In this document: piece by piece, positions 59,258 through 64,000 of the stretch
Position numbering within the stretch: position 1 is the stretch's first letter
How the letters are laid out: the number at the start of each line of letters is the position of its first letter
Assembly (NCBI GenBank): GCA_963820525.1
Contig: CAWGAA010000003.1
Span: forward strand, 544,001 to 608,000
DNA length: 64,000 nt
Source: an uncultured Spirochaetota bacterium
Lineage (GTDB): Bacteria > Spirochaetota > Spirochaetia > SZUA-6 > Fen-1364
Direction: 5' to 3'
Program-made: the position numbers and the translations under genes
The notes under the pieces: generated by a model
What the model was told of the DNA's origin: nothing
Seen by the model: only the letters and a program-made list of their open reading frames with translations
The model's database searches: none

Positions 59258-60028
59258 ATGAAAACGGTGAGAGCATTCCTCCGAGTGTTATGGGCAGCCC
59301 CGACAATCCTTATGCTGAATGCATGCGCGACGACGGCGCTTATGGACGCCGCCCGTTCCAGCACGGACCCTGATGCCATCAATAAGCTGGTGATGAAGGA
59401 GGTAGAAGAAGGCCGGCGTATGGCCGAAGGGCCCATCAACGCGGCGCTCGGAATAGCCGCCATTTCCAACCCGAACCCTGAAGTCATCGCGGCACTGCTG
59501 GAGGCCGGCGCTTCGTCAGAAGCTAGAGACAGAGCGCTCGGACTGGCCGCCACTTTCAACCCGAATCCTGAAGTCATCGCCGTACTGCTGAAGGCCGGCG
59601 CCTATGTCAACGCACAGGACGAATACGGCACGACGGCGCTCATGATGGCCGCCGCTTTTAGCCGCCCTGAGGTCGTTTCCCTGCTGTTGAAGGCCGGTGC
59701 CGATGTCAACACGCAGGACAAAGCCGGCCTGACGGCTCTCATGATGGCTGCCTGCAGCAACCGGTACCCCGATGTGGTTTCCGCGCTCCTTGAGGCCGGA
59801 GCGGACATCAACGTGCAGGGCGATGATGTTTGGCGGTCTGGCTGGACGGCACTCATGTACGCTGCCCATTTCAACCAGAACCCTGAAATCATCACCGTGC
59901 TGCTGAACGCCGGTGCTTTCACGAAGGCAAAAAGTGACGAAGGAAAAACAGCCTTTGATTACGCGCAGGGCAACGACAAGCTCAAAGGCACTGACGCATA
60001 CCGAAAACTCAAGGACGCGCTGTACTGA
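59258..60028 (+). CDS. Ankyrin-repeat lipoprotein
   Basis: Lipobox-like LNAC and repeated TALM.AA..N.NPEV..LLKAGADVN. Confidence 0.88.
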   Translation: MKTVRAFLRVLWAAPTILMLNACATTALMDAARSSTDPDAINKLVMKEVEEGRRMAEGPINAALGIAAISNPNPEVIAALLEAGASSEARDRALGLAATFNPNPEVIAVLLKAGAYVNAQDEYGTTALMMAAAFSRPEVVSLLLKAGADVNTQDKAGLTALMMAACSNRYPDVVSALLEAGADINVQGDDVWRSGWTALMYAAHFNQNPEIITVLLNAGAFTKAKSDEGKTAFDYAQGNDKLKGTDAYRKLKDALY

Positions 60029-60098
60029 CGGTGCCGCACCGCGCGAGTGCGCCTGCCCTGGCCGGCATCTACCCGCGGGGCTCCTTCACGGAGGGCAT

Positions 60099-60569
60099 AT
60101 GAAAACAGTGCGAGCACTCTTCATGGCGCTGTGGGCCCCCCTGGCAATCCTTTCACTGAATACGTGCGCGAGTCTGGTGCGCGCGGTGTTTCTGCGGGAC
60201 GCCCGTTCCAACCCGAACCCTCAAGCCATCGCCGAGCTGGCGAAGGAAGGTCGAGGCGAGAGAGACGCAAGAGACGCTCTCAACAGGGCACTCGGGTTGG
60301 CCGCCTACAGCAACCCGAACCCTGAGGTCATCACCGCGCTGCTGAAGGCCGGTGCCGACATCAACGCACAGAACAGAGACGGCTGGGCGGCGCTCATGTA
60401 CGCCGCCCTTTACAACCAGAACCCCGAGGTGGTTTCCACGCTTCTTGAAGTTGGCGCCGACGCAATGGCAAAGAATAGGGAAGGAAAAACGGCTTGTGAT
60501 TATGCGAAGGACAACATGAAGCTCAAAGGAACTGACGCAGATAACGCGCTCAGCGACGCACAGAACTGA
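60099..60569 (+). CDS. Ankyrin-repeat lipoprotein, shorter paralog
   Basis: Same MKTVRA..LW signal, LNTC, NPNPEVI..LLKAGADIN and shared C-terminal KLKGTDA. Confidence 0.85.
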   Translation: MKTVRALFMALWAPLAILSLNTCASLVRAVFLRDARSNPNPQAIAELAKEGRGERDARDALNRALGLAAYSNPNPEVITALLKAGADINAQNRDGWAALMYAALYNQNPEVVSTLLEVGADAMAKNREGKTACDYAKDNMKLKGTDADNALSDAQN

Positions 60570-60676
60570 CCGGCGAAGCAGATGCCTGCGACTTGCCAGG
60601 GCGCACACGATGTGCTGGCTCAAGGACCTGCGCGCATCCTCCTCGGAGATTCGTGTCCCGCTGTCTCTGGAGCCCC

Positions 60677-62599
60677 CTACAGTCCCAGCTTCTTGTCCAC
60701 AACGAGCTTGGTCACGGAGAGGATCTCGCCCGTCTCCACGCGCAGGAGCTTGAGGAAGACCTCGTAGTTCGCATCGCGGTCATACATGGCGGAGGTGAGG
60801 AGCATCTGCGCCCCGATCACCTTGCCCAGCCTGGCCGCGTTCGCCTCATCGGAAATCCCCGACATCTGGAGCTCCAGCTCCTTCATCACGGCCTGGAGGT
60901 CCTTTCGCTCAACGGCGCTGAAGGCGCGGCTCCTGGCGAGCGACTGGACCAGCTGCTCGCCGAAGTACTCGGCGGTCAGACGCTCGGCCTGGCCCTGGGG
61001 CACGATGGGCAGCGCCGCCGTGGGGGTGCCTTCGGGGATGCGGATGGCCGCGTAGTCGACGATCTGGGAGATCGCCATGTCGAAGAGCTTGGCCAGCGTC
61101 TCGCTCTTCTCCTCGCCCGAGGTGCGGGTGGCCTGGAAATAATCCCCCTCTTCGGTGATAGGCTGGTCCGTGAGGTAGGAGAGCTCCTCCTTGGCGAAGC
61201 GCATGATGATGGTTTCGAGCTTGTCGGTCTGGAAATTGGATCCGGTGTGGTGGCTCACGCTCCCCGGAGCCCCGCCCTCGCTCTCGCCCTTCTCTCCGTA
61301 GGTGAGGAAGATGTACTTGGCATACGTGTACTGGGAGAGCTGCCGCAGCACGAGCTCTCCGGCAAGGTCCAGCCCTCCGGTGCCCACGGAGAAGATCTTG
61401 ATCCCCTTGGTCCGCGCCTCGTGCGCCGCATCCACGTAGGTGTAGGGCTCATCGGCGTAGTCGAGGTGGGGAGGAGCGTCCGTGACAATGAACGCCATCC
61501 GGATGCCGGAGGGGTCCCAGGAGACCTCCTTCATCGCGTCCTTCAGCGCGGCCTGCAGGTCCTCGGGGTCGTCGCCCCCGCCGTCGGCATTCACGCCGGC
61601 CAGCCGCTTCTGAAACTCGGCAAGGTCCGACGTCATCGGCACCACGCTGGTCACGTATTCATCCTCGCGGTCGCGGTAGAGGACCATCCCGAAGCGCACC
61701 GTGGGCCGCGAAGAAAGCGAGCTCAAGTTGAGGTTGATGATCTCTATGGTGGCCTTCAGCCGCTCGATCTCCTCCTGCATGCTGCCCGTGGTGTCCATGA
61801 CGAACAGGATGTCCAGGGGCACGCTGGCGTACGCGGGACGGGGGGCCTGGAAACGCGCCTCGACCTGGCGCTTTCCCGCGCGCTCCAGTACGATCTCCTT
61901 TTTCGCCTTCAGCGCCGTGATCGTCCCCGTGTAACGGGTGAGCGATGCGTCATGCTCCGAAGGAAAGAACAGGAAAGTCCCGTCGGCATAGGTCACCCCT
62001 TCGGCGAGGGGCTTCCCGCCGCCGGAAATGGCGACCCGGGCATTGGCAACGGGCTTTCCCGCCTGGTCCGTCACTTTGATCACGATCCGCTCCTGGATGG
62101 GGATAGGGAAGCTTGGAACCTGGCCCGCGTACTTACCCAGGAAATTGACGAAGTAATTGAACTGCTTGTTGTCGTCGGCAAAGCCCGCCTGGAGCCCCGA
62201 GGCAGCGGGGGCCGCGCTTCGAGGCGCCCCGCGCTCTCCCCTGAGGGGGCTGCCCTCGGTCTTGCCGACCCCGCCGAACCCCTTGCCTTCCGGGCTGCCG
62301 GGCTCTTCAGCCCATCCCGGGCCTTCATCATCCTTTTTCGCCGTGGTCTCTGCGGACCTCAGTCCCGAATCGGGAGCCGGCTCCTCCGCAGTCTTCGCCC
62401 GCTTCTCCATCTCGGCTTCCTTGGCCGGCGCCGTTTCCGTTCCCCCGTCCCCACCAGGCTGGGCAGGAGAGGGGGCGGGCTTGGCCTGCGGCTCGAGAGA
62501 GGCGGCCCCGCTTCCCTTCTCCGGCGCAGAGGCGCAGGAAGCGAGGAGCAGGCAGCATACTGCAAGAAGAGAGAGCCAGCGAGAGACCACGATTTTCAT
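60677..62599 (-). CDS. VWA-domain lipoprotein with carboxypeptidase-regulatory-like and CsgG/FlgO-like domains
   Basis: Lipobox LASC, G.PV.NA.V, MDTTGSM, GGGD.PE and VERKDL..VMKEL..GK.IGA. Confidence 0.75.
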   Translation of the reverse strand: MKIVVSRWLSLLAVCCLLLASCASAPEKGSGAASLEPQAKPAPSPAQPGGDGGTETAPAKEAEMEKRAKTAEEPAPDSGLRSAETTAKKDDEGPGWAEEPGSPEGKGFGGVGKTEGSPLRGERGAPRSAAPAASGLQAGFADDNKQFNYFVNFLGKYAGQVPSFPIPIQERIVIKVTDQAGKPVANARVAISGGGKPLAEGVTYADGTFLFFPSEHDASLTRYTGTITALKAKKEIVLERAGKRQVEARFQAPRPAYASVPLDILFVMDTTGSMQEEIERLKATIEIINLNLSSLSSRPTVRFGMVLYRDREDEYVTSVVPMTSDLAEFQKRLAGVNADGGGDDPEDLQAALKDAMKEVSWDPSGIRMAFIVTDAPPHLDYADEPYTYVDAAHEARTKGIKIFSVGTGGLDLAGELVLRQLSQYTYAKYIFLTYGEKGESEGGAPGSVSHHTGSNFQTDKLETIIMRFAKEELSYLTDQPITEEGDYFQATRTSGEEKSETLAKLFDMAISQIVDYAAIRIPEGTPTAALPIVPQGQAERLTAEYFGEQLVQSLARSRAFSAVERKDLQAVMKELELQMSGISDEANAARLGKVIGAQMLLTSAMYDRDANYEVFLKLLRVETGEILSVTKLVVDKKLGL

Positions 62600-62653
62600 T
62601 TCTTGGTATCCTCCACCCTTATCAAGAGAGGATACCCCCTTTGCGGGCAGGTC

Positions 62654-63169
62654 TCAAGGTTTGGGCGCGCGGGGGACGCTCTCTACGGTCTTTGCGTACA
62701 TCACCTTGGCATCCCCAGGGCCGTAGAAGTCAGGAAGCCTCGCCTCCTCGCGGTATCCCCGCTTGAGGTAGAAGGCCCGTGTGGGATCATAGAGAGAGCG
62801 TGAAGAGGTTTCCACATAGATTCGGGTCCCGCCCATCTGCCGGATCCTCTTCTCGCTTTCTGCCAGGAGCAGGGTGCCGAGCCCGGTCCCGCGCTGATCG
62901 GAATCCACCGCGATCCAGTACAGGTCGAAGCTCGACTTCGTGCAGGCGATGGGACCGAAGCAGGAATAGCCCACCGCCCGCCCGTCCTTCTCGGCGAAGA
63001 AAAACCAGTAGCCGCTCTTCGTGCCCTTGGCCAGGCGCTCCTCGACCAGCTCCACCGCCGTGTCGATCTCCTCGGCAGTGAAAAAGCCGCTGGACTGCGT
63101 GATCCGGCGCACGGCCTGGGGATCTTTCGGCATTACATCCTCGCGAAGGCTGACCGTTGGTTGGCTCAT
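62654..63169 (-). CDS. GNAT family N-acetyltransferase
   Basis: LYWIAV...RGTGLG, VETSS and FY...GY. Confidence 0.92.
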   Translation of the reverse strand: MSQPTVSLREDVMPKDPQAVRRITQSSGFFTAEEIDTAVELVEERLAKGTKSGYWFFFAEKDGRAVGYSCFGPIACTKSSFDLYWIAVDSDQRGTGLGTLLLAESEKRIRQMGGTRIYVETSSRSLYDPTRAFYLKRGYREEARLPDFYGPGDAKVMYAKTVESVPRAPKP

Positions 63170-64000
63170 TGCGCATCCTTTCCGATTGCATCGCTGACTA
63201 TTCTTTCGACAATCCGGCCGATGTCCAGCCCCGCTCGCGCCGCGGCGGCGACGAACCCCGAATCCGGTGCGATGCAGGGGTTCGTGTTGATCTCAAGCAC
63301 CCAGGGGTTTCCGTGCGCGTCGACTCGGAAGTCCACCCTCGCGTAGCCGCGCAGAGCGAACAGGTCCCAGCACGCGCGGGAGATGCCGACAAGCTTCGGC
63401 AGGAGCGGACGGTCCTCTTCGGCAAAATCGAAGCGCCGCGGCGTATTGTTGAACTCGTAGGAAGCCTCGTCCCATTTCGCCTTGAATCCGACCACGCGCG
63501 GCTTTCCCTCGGGATAGCCGTGAAACTCGATCTCGGCCGGAGGGAGGCTCTCCGGGTTGGCCGGGTCCCCCGTTCCTCCCAGGAGGGCGAGGTTGAACTC
63601 CCTGCCGTCCACGTACGACTCCACGTAGACGTCCCCGATTCCGCCGTTCGCGGCCCGCCGCTCGATCTGCGCCTGGAGCGCGCCGGAGGAGGAGGCGACG
63701 GCCTCGTCGTCCAACCCTATGGAGGCGTGCTCCCAGACATCCTTGATGATGTAGGGCGGGCCGAAGGGAGGTACGTCTCCGCTTCTCAGGCGCGAGGCCT
63801 CGAGCCACGGCGGCGTGGCGATCCCCGCGCGGCTCAGGAGCTTCTTTGCCAGGAGCTTGTTGGATGTGAGGAAGATCGCCTCTGTGGTCGCGCCCGTGAA
63901 GGGGATGCGCATGCTGCCCAGCAGGCTGGGCAGCACCGCTATGAGCCTGCCCTTGCCCGCCAGCGTTTCGACGAGATTGAAAACAAATGCGGGACGGGCC
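63166..64000 (-). CDS. D-Ala-D-Ala-ligase-like ATP-grasp protein (5' end outside window)
   Basis: VFNLVE, PFTG, EHASIG, GREFN, YARVDFR and LEINTNP. Confidence 0.88.
   Translation of the reverse strand, partial: ARPAFVFNLVETLAGKGRLIAVLPSLLGSMRIPFTGATTEAIFLTSNKLLAKKLLSRAGIATPPWLEASRLRSGDVPPFGPPYIIKDVWEHASIGLDDEAVASSSGALQAQIERRAANGGIGDVYVESYVDGREFNLALLGGTGDPANPESLPPAEIEFHGYPEGKPRVVGFKAKWDEASYEFNNTPRRFDFAEEDRPLLPKLVGISRACWDLFALRGYARVDFRVDAHGNPWVLEINTNPCIAPDSGFVAAAARAGLDIGRIVERIVSDAIGKDAQ

Noticed and set aside
59440..60540. CRISPR-like periodic repeats
   Set aside because: The repeats are in-frame ankyrin codons inside ORFs, with no unique spacers or cas genes.
60593..62803. Long antisense ORFs (also 33498..35234, 27503..28999, 45618..47237)
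   Set aside because: Shadows of well-supported opposite-strand genes, typical of GC-rich DNA, with no recognisable motifs.

Overview
GC-rich bacterial chromosomal window with about 55 genes. Lineage is uncertain: gene content and lipoprotein style are compatible with a free-living Spirochaetia-like anaerobe, but this is inference. No rRNA, tRNA, CRISPR array, prophage or intact transposase was seen. Main blocks: an mgtA P-type ATPase coupled to a PTS-IIA gene behind a structured leader (1.3-4.9 kb); a sugar-phosphate-utilisation (SPU-type) microcompartment operon with 2 BMC-H, 1 BMC-T, 4 BMC-P, acylating aldehyde dehydrogenase, RpiB, DeoC and aldose epimerase (7.7-13.8 kb); a YbhGFSR-like ABC exporter; a PP2C/histidine-kinase signalling cluster divergent from a 710-aa CheC-like + FliG_C protein that precedes an orphan motAB pair (19-29 kb); a 14-kb MoxR/VWA operon ending in a PPi-dependent PFK; a PlsY-kinase fusion; an orphan structured ncRNA candidate with its own promoter (44.8 kb); divergent DNA-repair radical SAM genes; ilvBN with a leader-peptide attenuator; a decayed AraC/Fe-S oxidoreductase pair; MATE and DMT transporters; tandem ankyrin lipoproteins; and a Ddl-like/GNAT pair at the end. 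The best novelty candidates are the FliG_C-fusion/MotAB module, the orphan ncRNA, the BMC variant and the mgtA leader/PTS-IIA unit. All family calls come from motif recognition by eye; no searches were run.
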